DNA of 64,000 bases from an uncultured Dehalococcoidia bacterium (GTDB lineage: Bacteria > Chloroflexota > Dehalococcoidia > SZUA-161): NCBI GenBank assembly GCA_964524995.1, contig CAZGDV010000003.1:1029-65028 (forward strand). The letters are read 5' to 3'. This document shows positions 10,205 to 19,193 of the stretch, one piece after another; position 1 is the stretch's first letter, and every line of letters begins with the position of its first letter. The translations under genes were made by a program, and so were the position numbers. The notes below the pieces were generated by a model. That model was not told the DNA's origin. It did no database searches and saw nothing but the letters and a program-made list of their open reading frames with translations.

Positions 10205-11350
10205 CTACGAGGCGATCTCTATTACTGTCTTGATGCGATCGGGGTCCGGGACAGAGAAGGCATCCTTGATGCCCCCCAGAGTGAAACGGTGCGTTATCAT
10301 CCTGCCGAGCATACCATCGAAGCCTGACTCGATGTCACCTATATGGCTCAGCGCGGCCTCGAAGTGTCTCCGGTTCGAGTTTACGCTTCCCACGATGACC
10401 TGGTTCTCCCGGACGATCTTGCGGATCAGTTGAGCCACGTCTATCTGGCTGAGCACCCCTTCACGCGGTATCCCGGTCATCACGTAGATGCTGCTTCTTG
10501 CCAGATGGTTGACGAGGTCCAGCGCTGTACCGGCTGCTCCTGAGGCTTCTATGACCATGTTCAGCGTGCCCTCGAGGGAGCAGAACTCGACAAGCTCCTT
10601 GGCTGACTTGTCGCGGGCGTCGACATAGCATGCGCCCGTCTGTGTCACGAGGCGCGCTTTCGCGCTGTCCTCGGGGAGTACGTCAGCGGTCCACGTTTGA
10701 ACGTTGTCCAGCCGAAGCAGCGCCGTTGCGAGCAGGCCTAGCGGCCCCGCACCCAGCACCAGGGCGTTCTTGCATCTCCCCCACTCCTTGGAAGAGAAGT
10801 CGTGGGTGGGATGAGGACAGGTCCACGGCAGTCGCGACTGGATCACCTTTATCTGCTCCACGGCCTTCTCGGCTATGCTCAGCGGCTCGGTGAATACCGC
10901 TATTGGTACAACCTCCGGTGGTACCTTGACTACGTACTGCTCCTGGTCTACGACGTACTCGGTGAGGTATCCGTCCAGCTTGTGGATGCCGCGCTCGGTG
11001 TAAAGTCCTGTCATGCACATGTCGCTCTGGTTGTGCAGGCAGGGCTCACACATGCCACAGCCTCTCCTTACAGTTACAGTGACCGCGTCGCCGGGCGCGA
11101 CCGACTCGACCGAGGCACCGACTTCCCGGACGACGCCGACCATCTCGTGGCCCATAGCCATGCTGTCGCGGCCTTCGGCGATGTCCTGAAGTTTGTGTTG
11201 GACTATGCCGTAGTCTGTACCGTCGAGGCCGACCTCCCGAACGTGCACCAGTACATTGTCGGGCGCTTCGATACGAGGCAATGGGAGCTCAAATGAATGA
11301 ATGCCCTGCTGTCCCCGTACGACTCCCGCTGCCAGCATGTCAGCCTCCAA
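10205..11350 (-). CDS. zinc-dependent medium-chain dehydrogenase (glucose/threonine dehydrogenase-like)
   Basis: GHEMVGVV catalytic zinc motif, structural zinc Cys cluster (CGMCEPCLHNQSDMC), Rossmann GAGPLG. Sits next to pentose-phosphate genes. Confidence 0.75.
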   Translation of the reverse strand: MEADMLAAGVVRGQQGIHSFELPLPRIEAPDNVLVHVREVGLDGTDYGIVQHKLQDIAEGRDSMAMGHEMVGVVREVGASVESVAPGDAVTVTVRRGCGMCEPCLHNQSDMCMTGLYTERGIHKLDGYLTEYVVDQEQYVVKVPPEVVPIAVFTEPLSIAEKAVEQIKVIQSRLPWTCPHPTHDFSSKEWGRCKNALVLGAGPLGLLATALLRLDNVQTWTADVLPEDSAKARLVTQTGACYVDARDKSAKELVEFCSLEGTLNMVIEASGAAGTALDLVNHLARSSIYVMTGIPREGVLSQIDVAQLIRKIVRENQVIVGSVNSNRRHFEAALSHIGDIESGFDGMLGRMITHRFTLGGIKDAFSVPDPDRIKTVIEIAS

Positions 11351-11379
11351 ACGGCCTCGTCAACCTAATGGCGCGTGAC

Positions 11380-12291
11380 TCAAGGCTGGGCCTTGCGGAC
11401 GGCGTGTCCTCCGAACTGTTGCCTGAACGCCGCCAGCATCTTGTTGCCTAAGGGTTGATTCTCCCGTGATCGAAATCTGGCCTGCAGCGAAAGGGTGATT
11501 ACCGGAGCCGGAACCCCAAGCTCGACCGATTCCTGGACTGTCCATCGCCCCTCGCCGGTGTCTTCGATATATGCATCCAGGCTCTGCAGCTTCGGGTCAT
11601 CCCGGAGAGCGGAAGCGGCCAGATCGAGCAGCCACGACCGGACGACGCTGCCGTACCGCCATATCTCGGCCACCCGGTGGAGGTCGAGGCCGAACTCCCT
11701 TTTCGCATCCATGAGCTCGAATCCCTCGGCGTAGGATTGCATCAGGCCGTACTCTATCCCATTATGGACCATCTTCACGAAATGGCCGGCCCCGCTCGGG
11801 CCTACGTACCCGTATCCGTCGTCCGGTGTCGGAGCCAGCGTGCGCAGGATAGGTTCAACCTGTTGGTATGCCTCTCGACTCCCTCCTACCATGAGGCAGT
11901 ACCCCTCCTTCAGGCCCCATATGCCCCCGCTGGTACCGGCGTCGAGGAAGCGGATTCCACGTTCGTCCATAGCAGCTGCCCTGCGGACGCTGTCCTTGTA
12001 GTAGGAGTTGCCGCCGTCGATGACTATGTCGTCCTGGGATAGCTCGTTTGCCAATGTCAGCAGGGTTTCCTCGGTTGGCCTCCCCGAGGGCACCATCAGC
12101 CACACCACTCTTGGAACTCCCAACTTCGAGGCCAGGTCGGCGATGCTGGTGGCAGGCCGGGCGCCCCTGGCCACGACTGTTGTCATTGCAGCGGGTACCG
12201 GGTCGTAGACCATCACGGAGTGGCCACCGTCCAGCAAACGCTGTGCCATGTTGCTGCCCATCCGGCCGGTACCGATCATACCCAGTTCCAT
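11380..12291 (-). CDS. gnd: 6-phosphogluconate dehydrogenase, decarboxylating (short Gnd-like form)
   Basis: N-terminal MELGMIGTGRMGSNMAQRL Rossmann fold. GAGHFVKMVHNGIEYG motif. Start chosen at the ATG at 12291, which follows a GGAGG. Confidence 0.85.
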   Translation of the reverse strand: MELGMIGTGRMGSNMAQRLLDGGHSVMVYDPVPAAMTTVVARGARPATSIADLASKLGVPRVVWLMVPSGRPTEETLLTLANELSQDDIVIDGGNSYYKDSVRRAAAMDERGIRFLDAGTSGGIWGLKEGYCLMVGGSREAYQQVEPILRTLAPTPDDGYGYVGPSGAGHFVKMVHNGIEYGLMQSYAEGFELMDAKREFGLDLHRVAEIWRYGSVVRSWLLDLAASALRDDPKLQSLDAYIEDTGEGRWTVQESVELGVPAPVITLSLQARFRSRENQPLGNKMLAAFRQQFGGHAVRKAQP

Positions 12292-12317
12292 CGCACCTCC
12301 CATCCGCACCCGTGCGC

Positions 12318-13949
12318 TCAGAGCTGATCCGCGATAGCTCGGACTCCCGCCTCGTCGCCCCGGTCGAGTCGCACGCCGACGACCTTTCTGCCCAGAGAGC
12401 GCAACGCCTGGTAGTCACCCAACGCCTGGGCGTCAGCCACGACGCCGAATGAATACGGCTCGCCCGGTATGGAGATATCCGGGTCATGCCTCTCCAGTAT
12501 CTGAAGGAACAGCCCGTTGTCAGGCCCTCCCTTGTGCAATTGGCCGGTGGAATGCAGGAAGCGCGGCCCGTATCCAAACGTGGTCGCGATTCCATAACCC
12601 TCCGATATCTGTCGGCGCAGGTCCGCGATTGCAGCCTCTACCCCTTCGCTCTCGTGGATGTAGGCCATGATCGCCAGGTACTTGCCGGGCAGCGGCCGGC
12701 GGAGTACATCCGAGAGTGCATGATCGGAGGGCCGTTCCGGCAATGACCCCGTGCTGGAGTACTCCTGCAGTACTCGCTCCGTGGCGTCCTTGGCTGCCTG
12801 GACGTTCGGCTGGTCGAAGGGGTGTATTCCGATGATCGCCCCGGCAATCGCTGTGGCGAACTCCCAGCGGAAGAACTCCGCCCCCAGATCGTACTTGTCC
12901 TGCAATGGCAGGGTGACGACTGGCTGACCTGCTGACTGGAGCTGCTCCACCATCCCATCCAGGGTGTCGTTGTCATCGCCTTCCATACGCAGGTAGACGA
13001 ACAGCCTGTCGTCCCCATAGTGGCGAACCCCGAGGAGGGGCTCTCCGGCTACGGGCACTATGCCTTTGCCCTCCTTGCCGGTGCTCTCGGCAATCAGTTG
13101 CTCGACCCACAGACCGAAGCTGGCTATTCCCGGCGACGTCATGATGGTCAGCTTATCTCTACCGCGCAAGGCCAGGGAACCCATGGCGGCACCTAGCCGG
13201 ACTCCGGGGTTGTCGTGGTCTGGCACATGAGAGGCGCAAGCCTTCCGCATGTCATCGGCACGGCTGAGCAGTCTCGTGACTTCAAGACCCATCAACGCCG
13301 CCGGAACGAGGCCGAAGTAGGACAACACCGAATACCGGCCCCCGATGTCGCTCGCGTTGAGGAAGGCTTGCCGGAAGCCGTCAGCTTCCGCCATCTTCGC
13401 GAGGGGAGTGCCGGGATCCGTAACGGCGACGAAGTGCTCGCCAACCCTCCCGGCACCCACGGCCTGCTCGACAAGTGACCTGAAGTGGCTCAGGAGATAG
13501 CGCGGCTCGACGGTAGTTCCCGATTTCGATGATACCAGGAACACCGTCTTCGCGGGCTCAATGTGCTCCGTGACAGCCCGAACCCACGAGGGAACCGTTG
13601 AGTCGAGCACAAGCAGCTCAGGATAACCGCCGGCGCTGCCGAAAGTGCGTCTGAGCACCTCCGGCCCGAGGCTGCTGCCGCCCATTCCGAGGAGGACGAC
13701 AGTGCGATAGCCGGAGTCGCGCACATCACGACCGAAGGCCTGGATAGCCGATATCTGCTCGTGCATCTGCTCGGTAATTCCCAGCCAGCCGAGCCTGTTG
13801 GCAATCTCCTTTGGGTCAGGCTTCCAGACGGTATGGTCCTTTCTCCAGACTCGTGAGATCAGATCGCGGTTTCTGATGTCAGCCAGGGCCTTCTCGACAT
13901 CCGGCAGGTAGGCCCCGAGGCTGTACGTTTGACGAACGGCGTCTCCCAT
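12318..13949 (-). CDS. pgi: glucose-6-phosphate isomerase
   Basis: SIS-domain PGI of the type seen in transaldolase/PGI proteins (RVWRKDHTVWKPDP, LGMGGSSLGPEV, SKSGTTVEP). Start set at the ATG at 13949 after a GGGGGAG RBS, which avoids overlap with rpiB. Confidence 0.85.
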   Translation of the reverse strand: MGDAVRQTYSLGAYLPDVEKALADIRNRDLISRVWRKDHTVWKPDPKEIANRLGWLGITEQMHEQISAIQAFGRDVRDSGYRTVVLLGMGGSSLGPEVLRRTFGSAGGYPELLVLDSTVPSWVRAVTEHIEPAKTVFLVSSKSGTTVEPRYLLSHFRSLVEQAVGAGRVGEHFVAVTDPGTPLAKMAEADGFRQAFLNASDIGGRYSVLSYFGLVPAALMGLEVTRLLSRADDMRKACASHVPDHDNPGVRLGAAMGSLALRGRDKLTIMTSPGIASFGLWVEQLIAESTGKEGKGIVPVAGEPLLGVRHYGDDRLFVYLRMEGDDNDTLDGMVEQLQSAGQPVVTLPLQDKYDLGAEFFRWEFATAIAGAIIGIHPFDQPNVQAAKDATERVLQEYSSTGSLPERPSDHALSDVLRRPLPGKYLAIMAYIHESEGVEAAIADLRRQISEGYGIATTFGYGPRFLHSTGQLHKGGPDNGLFLQILERHDPDISIPGEPYSFGVVADAQALGDYQALRSLGRKVVGVRLDRGDEAGVRAIADQL

Positions 13950-13962
13950 ACGCGCTCCCCCT

Positions 13963-14442
13963 CTACTCCATCCTGTCGCCTGTGTATCGCCTTTCGATCG
14001 CGTTGACCTTGGCCAGACGTCTGGCATGGCGCTCCTCCGCGCTGAAGGACGCGCCCAAGAAATCGGTGATCAACTCTCTGGCGAGCTCGATGCCCACCAC
14101 ACGTGCACCCAGGCAGAGGACGTTCATATCATCATGCTCCACGCCCTGGTGGGCCGAGTACGTGTCGTGACAGAGACATGCACGCACCCCTGGCACCTTG
14201 TTAGCTGCTATGCAGGCTCCCACACCGCTGCCACATATCAGGATGCCACGCTGGGCATGGCCGGAGGCTACAGCCTGTGCTACTGCCTCCGCGTAGTCTG
14301 GGTAGTCATCGTCTGGATCGAGGTCGTGCGCCCCCAGGTCGAGCACCTCGTGCCCGGTCGTCAGCCATGTTGACAGGCTCTCCTTCAGGGAATAGCCTCC
14401 GTGATCAGCCCCTACAGCAACGCGCAAGCTCATCGTAGTCAT
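13963..14442 (-). CDS. rpiB: ribose-5-phosphate isomerase B
   Basis: 159-aa LacAB/RpiB family ([27 protein letters not shown]). Confidence 0.9.
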   Translation of the reverse strand: MTTMSLRVAVGADHGGYSLKESLSTWLTTGHEVLDLGAHDLDPDDDYPDYAEAVAQAVASGHAQRGILICGSGVGACIAANKVPGVRACLCHDTYSAHQGVEHDDMNVLCLGARVVGIELARELITDFLGASFSAEERHARRLAKVNAIERRYTGDRME

Positions 14443-16451
14443 CCTTTCACTACTAGGCGAAGGGCCTCTTCCTGAACACGCCGGGGTGTGAGGCCCAGGT
14501 TCTCGTACACCACCTTGCCCGGAGCCGAGGCTCCAAAACGGTTTACGCCGACGGCGATGCCCTCAGGGCCGACGTATCGCTCCCAGCCGAGCGTTACGCC
14601 CGCCTCTACCGAAACACGGGCCCTGACATCAGGCGGGAGGACATCGACGCGGTAGTCCTCGGTCTGGGCCTCGAACAGCTCCCACGAGGGCAGGGAGACG
14701 ACACGGTTCGAGATGCCCGCGTCGGCGAGTAGCTTGCCAGCTTCCAGGGCGATATGCAGCTCTGACCCCGTTCCGATCAATATCACCTGGGGGTGCGCAT
14801 CCGCCTGCCAAACGACATAGCCCCCTCGCTCAAGGTCGCTTGCAGGCGGCATTGACGAACGGTCCAGGACGGGGAGATTCTGGCGGCTGAGCACGAGGGC
14901 AGTCGGGCCATGCCTTCTCTCCATTGCTACCTTCCACGCCTCCGCCGTCTCTGTGGCATCGGCCGGCCGTATGGTGACGAGGCCCGGCACCGTCCGCAGG
15001 CCCATCAGTTGCTCGACCGGTTGGTGGGTCGGACCATCCTCGCCAAGGCCAATCGAGTCGTGAGTGTATATGAATACGACGCGGATGCCCATGAGGGCGG
15101 CGAGTCGCACGGGTGGGCGCATGTAGTCGTAGAATATGAGGAAGGTGCCTGTGTAGGGAATCAACCCACCGTGAAGGGACATGCCGTTGGCGATAGCGCC
15201 CATCGCGTGCTCGCGAACGCCGAAGTGCATATTGTGGCCGCAGCACTCATCAAAGCCGTAATGACCGTGGTCCTTGAGCAGCGTCTTCGTGGACGGGGCG
15301 AGATCGGCCGATCCCCCGGTGAACGCATGCACCTTTGACACGATGGCGTTCATTACGCGCCCGGAGGCCTCGCGTGTGGAAAGGGGCTTCTCGGTAGAGG
15401 TGAATAGCTCCGAGAGGCCCTCTTCCCAACCGTGGGGGAGGTCGCCCTGCAGGTCGATCTCCAATCGCCGGGCGTCATCCGGGTGGGTTCTGCGGTACTC
15501 CTGTAAACGGGACTCCCACTGCATCTGCCATTCCCGCCCCCGGTCTACGGCCTGCCTCATATGAGCCAGCGCCTCGTCTGGGATAGCGAATGGCTCCTCG
15601 AAGGGCCAGCCTAGCGTCTGCTTGGCTAGGCGGACCTCCTCCTCCCCCAACGGCTCCCCATGCGCGGCGGCTGTACCCTGCTTGTTCGGGCTCCCGTAGC
15701 CGATGATCGTCCGGCAGATGATCAGGCTGGGATGACCAGTCTCCTTCCGCGCCGAGCGTATCGCGCCGTCCACTGCCGTCATATCCATGCCGTCGATGGG
15801 CCCGACGACGTGCCATCCGTATGCCCGGAATCTGCCTCCGACGTTCTCCGCGAAGGCGATGTCAGTGCTGCCCTCGATCGATATGTCGTTGTCGTCATAC
15901 AGGTAGATGATCTTGCCGAGGCGTAGCGTGCCTGCGAGAGAGGCCGCCTCCGAAGCGACCCCTTCCTGCAGATCGCCATCCGACACAATGGCATAGGTGT
16001 TGTGGTCGATGATATCAAACCCAGGGCGGTTGTAGTGGTCGGCCAGCCATCTCTCGGCAATTGCCATGCCAACGCCGTTGGCGAACCCTTGGCCGAGAGG
16101 CCCGGTTGTCACCTCGACGCCTGGGGTCGTGCCATACTCGACATGTCCCGGCGTCTTGCTGCCCCACTGCCTGAACCGCCTCAACTCATCGAGGGGCAAA
16201 TCGTATCCTGTAAGGTGCAGCAAGGCGTACAGCAGCGCCGACGCATGGCCCGGCGAGAGAATGAACCGGTCCCGGTTGGGCCACTTCAGATCGCTGGGAT
16301 TGTGTTTGAGGAACCTGTCCCATAACACGTACGCTATGGCAGCGGCCCCCATGGGTGTGCCCGGGTGCCCCGAATTCGCCTGCTGCACCGCGTCTACGGC
16401 GAGGAAACGTATGGTGTTTATACAGAGAGCGTCGATGGTTTCGCTGGCCAT
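14439..16451 (-). CDS. tkt: transketolase
   Basis: Classic N-terminus ([25 protein letters not shown]) and ThDP motif (GDGDLQEG). Start set at MASETID (16451) within the longer ORF. Confidence 0.95.
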   Translation of the reverse strand: MASETIDALCINTIRFLAVDAVQQANSGHPGTPMGAAAIAYVLWDRFLKHNPSDLKWPNRDRFILSPGHASALLYALLHLTGYDLPLDELRRFRQWGSKTPGHVEYGTTPGVEVTTGPLGQGFANGVGMAIAERWLADHYNRPGFDIIDHNTYAIVSDGDLQEGVASEAASLAGTLRLGKIIYLYDDNDISIEGSTDIAFAENVGGRFRAYGWHVVGPIDGMDMTAVDGAIRSARKETGHPSLIICRTIIGYGSPNKQGTAAAHGEPLGEEEVRLAKQTLGWPFEEPFAIPDEALAHMRQAVDRGREWQMQWESRLQEYRRTHPDDARRLEIDLQGDLPHGWEEGLSELFTSTEKPLSTREASGRVMNAIVSKVHAFTGGSADLAPSTKTLLKDHGHYGFDECCGHNMHFGVREHAMGAIANGMSLHGGLIPYTGTFLIFYDYMRPPVRLAALMGIRVVFIYTHDSIGLGEDGPTHQPVEQLMGLRTVPGLVTIRPADATETAEAWKVAMERRHGPTALVLSRQNLPVLDRSSMPPASDLERGGYVVWQADAHPQVILIGTGSELHIALEAGKLLADAGISNRVVSLPSWELFEAQTEDYRVDVLPPDVRARVSVEAGVTLGWERYVGPEGIAVGVNRFGASAPGKVVYENLGLTPRRVQEEALRLVVKG

Positions 16452-16750
16452 GAGCTGCAACTTCAAAGTAGTCTCACTCGGCCTGGTTGATGAAGGAAAG
16501 CCCCGGGTGACCCACTCCCACAACTTGCGAACATGCTATCAGAAGGGGACGTTCACCACAACCACAGGTTTCAGTCGAGATATCGAGGCAGTTGACAGAA
16601 TGCACCAAGTTTCGCGTGCATAGTATCACACCCACCGTGAAGAAGTCATAAAACCCTGAGACGAAACGTGTAGAAGTCATCACATCGACCGGGTAGATGA
16701 AGCCTCGATTCTCTGTCGCTACAAAGGATTCCTTGGCCAATCGACGGATG

Positions 16751-16780
16751 TTGACACAAAGAGATTGCCAACTCTATAAT
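16751..16780 (+). promoter_or_regulatory. consensus sigma70 promoter (TTGACA-18 nt-TATAAT) for the cytochrome/FeS/cyt b operon
   Basis: Perfect -35 (16751-16756) and -10 (16775-16780) hexamers in an otherwise GC-rich region. This implies a ~180-nt leader before the ATG at 16970. Confidence 0.65.
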
Positions 16781-16969
16781 GTGCCGGTGGGGGTATCGGG
16801 GGATCGGCGACGGGAAGGGCGATGCCGCCACCGATAGGCTGGGGGGGTACGGTAGGAGTCGGTGGCTCCTCGGTTGGGTGAGTTGGAGTACACGTAATGC
16901 CCCAGGGCGTTCGACCGTGGCGGTTGTGTCAGGGCCGAGCGGCATATCCTTTGGGAGGTTTGAGCTGAG

Positions 16970-17170
16970 ATGAAGCGAGTGCTGTGGTTACTGCTTTCGG
17001 TTCTGGTGGTGTCCGTCTTCGGGGCAGTAGGTTGCAGCGAAGTCACCCCGGACTCCACAGTCTCCGTGGTGAACCAGTGCCTGCAGTGCCATACAGACGA
17101 AGCCACTCTGCAGGAGCTGGCCGTCGAGGAGGAAGATCCAGAGGCCGAGGCCTCCTCAGGCGAGGGCTGA
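16970..17170 (+). CDS. signal-peptide/lipobox-bearing monohaem segment (likely N-terminal part of the downstream cytochrome; ends at an in-frame TGA)
   Basis: Lipoprotein-type signal (VFGAVGCSE), one CLQCH site, an acidic linker. GGGAGG RBS 11 nt upstream. The stop at 17168-17170 is in the same frame as ORF 17180..18277. Confidence 0.6.
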   Translation: MKRVLWLLLSVLVVSVFGAVGCSEVTPDSTVSVVNQCLQCHTDEATLQELAVEEEDPEAEASSGEG

Positions 17171-17179
17171 GGGGGAGCA

Positions 17180-18277
17180 GTGTCTCAGTTGGAGGCATGG
17201 GAGAAGGTCCTCGTCGACAACGAGGACGGCCAATTTGGGAATAGCACTCACGGCATTGTCGGCTGCATGATCTGTCATGAGGGAGACAGCTCCTCTCCCG
17301 ATATGGCCACAGCCCACACCGGTCTGCTGGCAGATCCTTCGTCGGCAGATGCCTGCAGTACTTGTCACGCTGAGATTGAGGCCCACGACGAGTCGAGCCT
17401 GCACAGCACTCTCAGCGGCTTCGAGACAGTCATCGAGTCGAGGGGTGGTGACTTGAGCGAGGGCTCGCTGCTTGTAGAGGCAATGGGCAATCACTGCGAG
17501 TCGTGCCACACGACCTGCGGCCAATGCCATGTAAGCAGGCCGGATTCAGCGGACGGCGGGTTCTTGGACGGTCACGAGTTCGAGGGAACTCCGTCCATGA
17601 CGAATAACTGTACCGCATGCCACGGTTCACGTGTCGGAGACGAGTACCTGGGCCAGAACTCAGGGGTGAAGGCAGATGTGCACAGAAGGAAGGGTATGCA
17701 GTGCTACACTTGCCACAGTGTTGAGTTGCACGGCTCAGGCGAACTCGAGGCGGACAGATACCACAATAGTGAGTCCATCAGCTGTGAGGATTGCCATTCC
17801 GACGTGATCGGGACCAACGCGACGAATACTTACCATCAGATCCACTACAACATACTGTCTTGCCAGGTCTGCCATTCTGTGGAGTACAAGAATTGCTACA
17901 ACTGTCATGTGGAGCAGAGTGAGGAAGGGACCTGCTACTACGTTACCGATCCGTCCGTGATGGGATTCGAGGTCGGGCTGAACCCCATACAGTCTGTCGA
18001 CAGGCCCTATGAATACGTTGTACTGCGCCATGTTCCGGTCAGCCCGGCGACTTTCGCCAGCTATGGCGATAATTTGCTGCCCGATTTCGACGCAACTCCA
18101 ACCTGGAAGTACGCTACACCACACAACATCCAGCTGAACACTCCGCAGAACGACGGCTGCAACTACTGCCATGGACAGGAGCAGATATTCCTCATGCCGG
18201 ATGACGTAGCGGCCGATGAACTGGAGGCCAACGAGGACGTGATTGTCCGGCAAGTCCCAGGGGTCCCGTCCGAATAG
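17180..18277 (+). CDS. decahaem c-type cytochrome (no signal peptide of its own)
   Basis: Ten CXXCH sites (CMICH, CSTCH, CESCH, CGQCH, CTACH, CYTCH, CEDCH, CQVCH, CYNCH, CNYCH). There is no N-terminal export signal unless it is joined to 16970..17170. Confidence 0.8.
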   Translation: MSQLEAWEKVLVDNEDGQFGNSTHGIVGCMICHEGDSSSPDMATAHTGLLADPSSADACSTCHAEIEAHDESSLHSTLSGFETVIESRGGDLSEGSLLVEAMGNHCESCHTTCGQCHVSRPDSADGGFLDGHEFEGTPSMTNNCTACHGSRVGDEYLGQNSGVKADVHRRKGMQCYTCHSVELHGSGELEADRYHNSESISCEDCHSDVIGTNATNTYHQIHYNILSCQVCHSVEYKNCYNCHVEQSEEGTCYYVTDPSVMGFEVGLNPIQSVDRPYEYVVLRHVPVSPATFASYGDNLLPDFDATPTWKYATPHNIQLNTPQNDGCNYCHGQEQIFLMPDDVAADELEANEDVIVRQVPGVPSE

Positions 18278-18317
18278 TCCTCACACTAAGCCAAGATCAG
18301 GGTGCAAGGAGCACGCA

Positions 18318-19193
18318 ATGGAGATCAGCCGAAGGAGCTTTCTCAAGGCCTCAGGAGGTCTGGCCGGCCTGGCCGTGTGCCAGCCACTGGTAACGAAGAC
18401 CGCTCAAGCAGCCACCGACGCTGACAGTGCATCACACAAGGCCATGCTGATTGACGTGACCAAGTGCGTGGGATGCTGGTACTGCTACGCAGCGTGCAAG
18501 AAGCAGAATGGCTATCCAGAGGTGAACAGGCCGACTCCCGATGATCCTCCCGACCTGGCCCACAATGTGTGGACCACTTTGCACATCAGCGAAAAGGACG
18601 GAGTGCAGCGATTCAGGAAGCAGGCCTGTATGCACTGCACGGATGCCGCGTGCGTACGCGTCTGCCCTACCGGAGCTCTCAGCTACAATGAACTGGGCTT
18701 CGTGCAGTACGACAAGGAGAAATGCTCCGGGTGCGGCTATTGCACGCAGTACTGCCCGTTCGAGATACCGCGACTGGACGAAGAAGCGATATCCAACGAC
18801 CGGATAGACAAGTGCACCTTCTGCTTCAGTCGCGTAACGGCCGGCGGACAGACAGCCTGTTCCGCTGCATGCCCGACCGGCGCGATCAAGTTCGGCAACC
18901 GGGGTGAGCTTCTCGAAGAAGGCAAGGCGAGAGTTACAGAGTTGCAGAAAGACAACGCCAAAGCGAGCCTGTACGGCGACAGTGATGTGTTGGGTGGCCT
19001 GCACGTCATGTATGTTCTCGACGATGCTGCGGAGTCCTACGGCCTCCCGGCTGACCCAACCCTTCCCGCACCAGCTGTCGTCCACGAGGTGATACAGTGG
19101 GTTGGGATCGGAGCGTTCTTCGCTATGGTTGGGGGATTCAGCCTCAACTACCTGGTAGCTAGGGCCAGGATTGCCAGAGAGGAGAAGAAGTGA
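18318..19193 (+). CDS. TAT-exported 4x[4Fe-4S] ferredoxin-type subunit with C-terminal membrane anchor (FdnH/HybA/OhcB-like)
   Basis: Twin-arginine signal (SRRSFLKASGGLAGLAV) from the ATG at 18318 after AAGGAG. Four Cys clusters (CVGCWYCYAAC, CMHCTDAACVRVCP, CSGCGYCTQYCP, CTFC...CSAACP). C-terminal TM helix. Confidence 0.85.
   Translation: MEISRRSFLKASGGLAGLAVCQPLVTKTAQAATDADSASHKAMLIDVTKCVGCWYCYAACKKQNGYPEVNRPTPDDPPDLAHNVWTTLHISEKDGVQRFRKQACMHCTDAACVRVCPTGALSYNELGFVQYDKEKCSGCGYCTQYCPFEIPRLDEEAISNDRIDKCTFCFSRVTAGGQTACSAACPTGAIKFGNRGELLEEGKARVTELQKDNAKASLYGDSDVLGGLHVMYVLDDAAESYGLPADPTLPAPAVVHEVIQWVGIGAFFAMVGGFSLNYLVARARIAREEKK

Noticed and set aside
16781-16969. Cobalamin or GEMM (c-di-GMP/cGAMP) riboswitch in the operon leader
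   Set aside because: I could not find the B12 box (GCCACTG-like), or the GEMM GNRA tetraloop-receptor and conserved ACGCACAGGGCAAACC-type core. The region is kept only as an unclassified structured leader.
17168-17170. Alternative genetic code (UGA read as Gly or Trp) as the explanation for the in-frame TGA
   Set aside because: TGA clearly terminates other well-supported genes here (e.g. livF at 4569, cobA-hemD at 26263 with an ATGA overlap, ccmD at 42661, the ahb radical SAM gene at 31643). A global reassignment is therefore excluded.
17207-17227. Perfect 8-bp hairpin GTCCTCGT-CGACA-ACGAGGAC as the SECIS element
   Set aside because: Its apical loop is ~47-51 nt after the UGA. That is beyond the 16-37 nt range I recall for bacterial SECIS elements. 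The weaker hairpin at 17181-17197 fits the geometry better, so this one is noted only as a possible extension.
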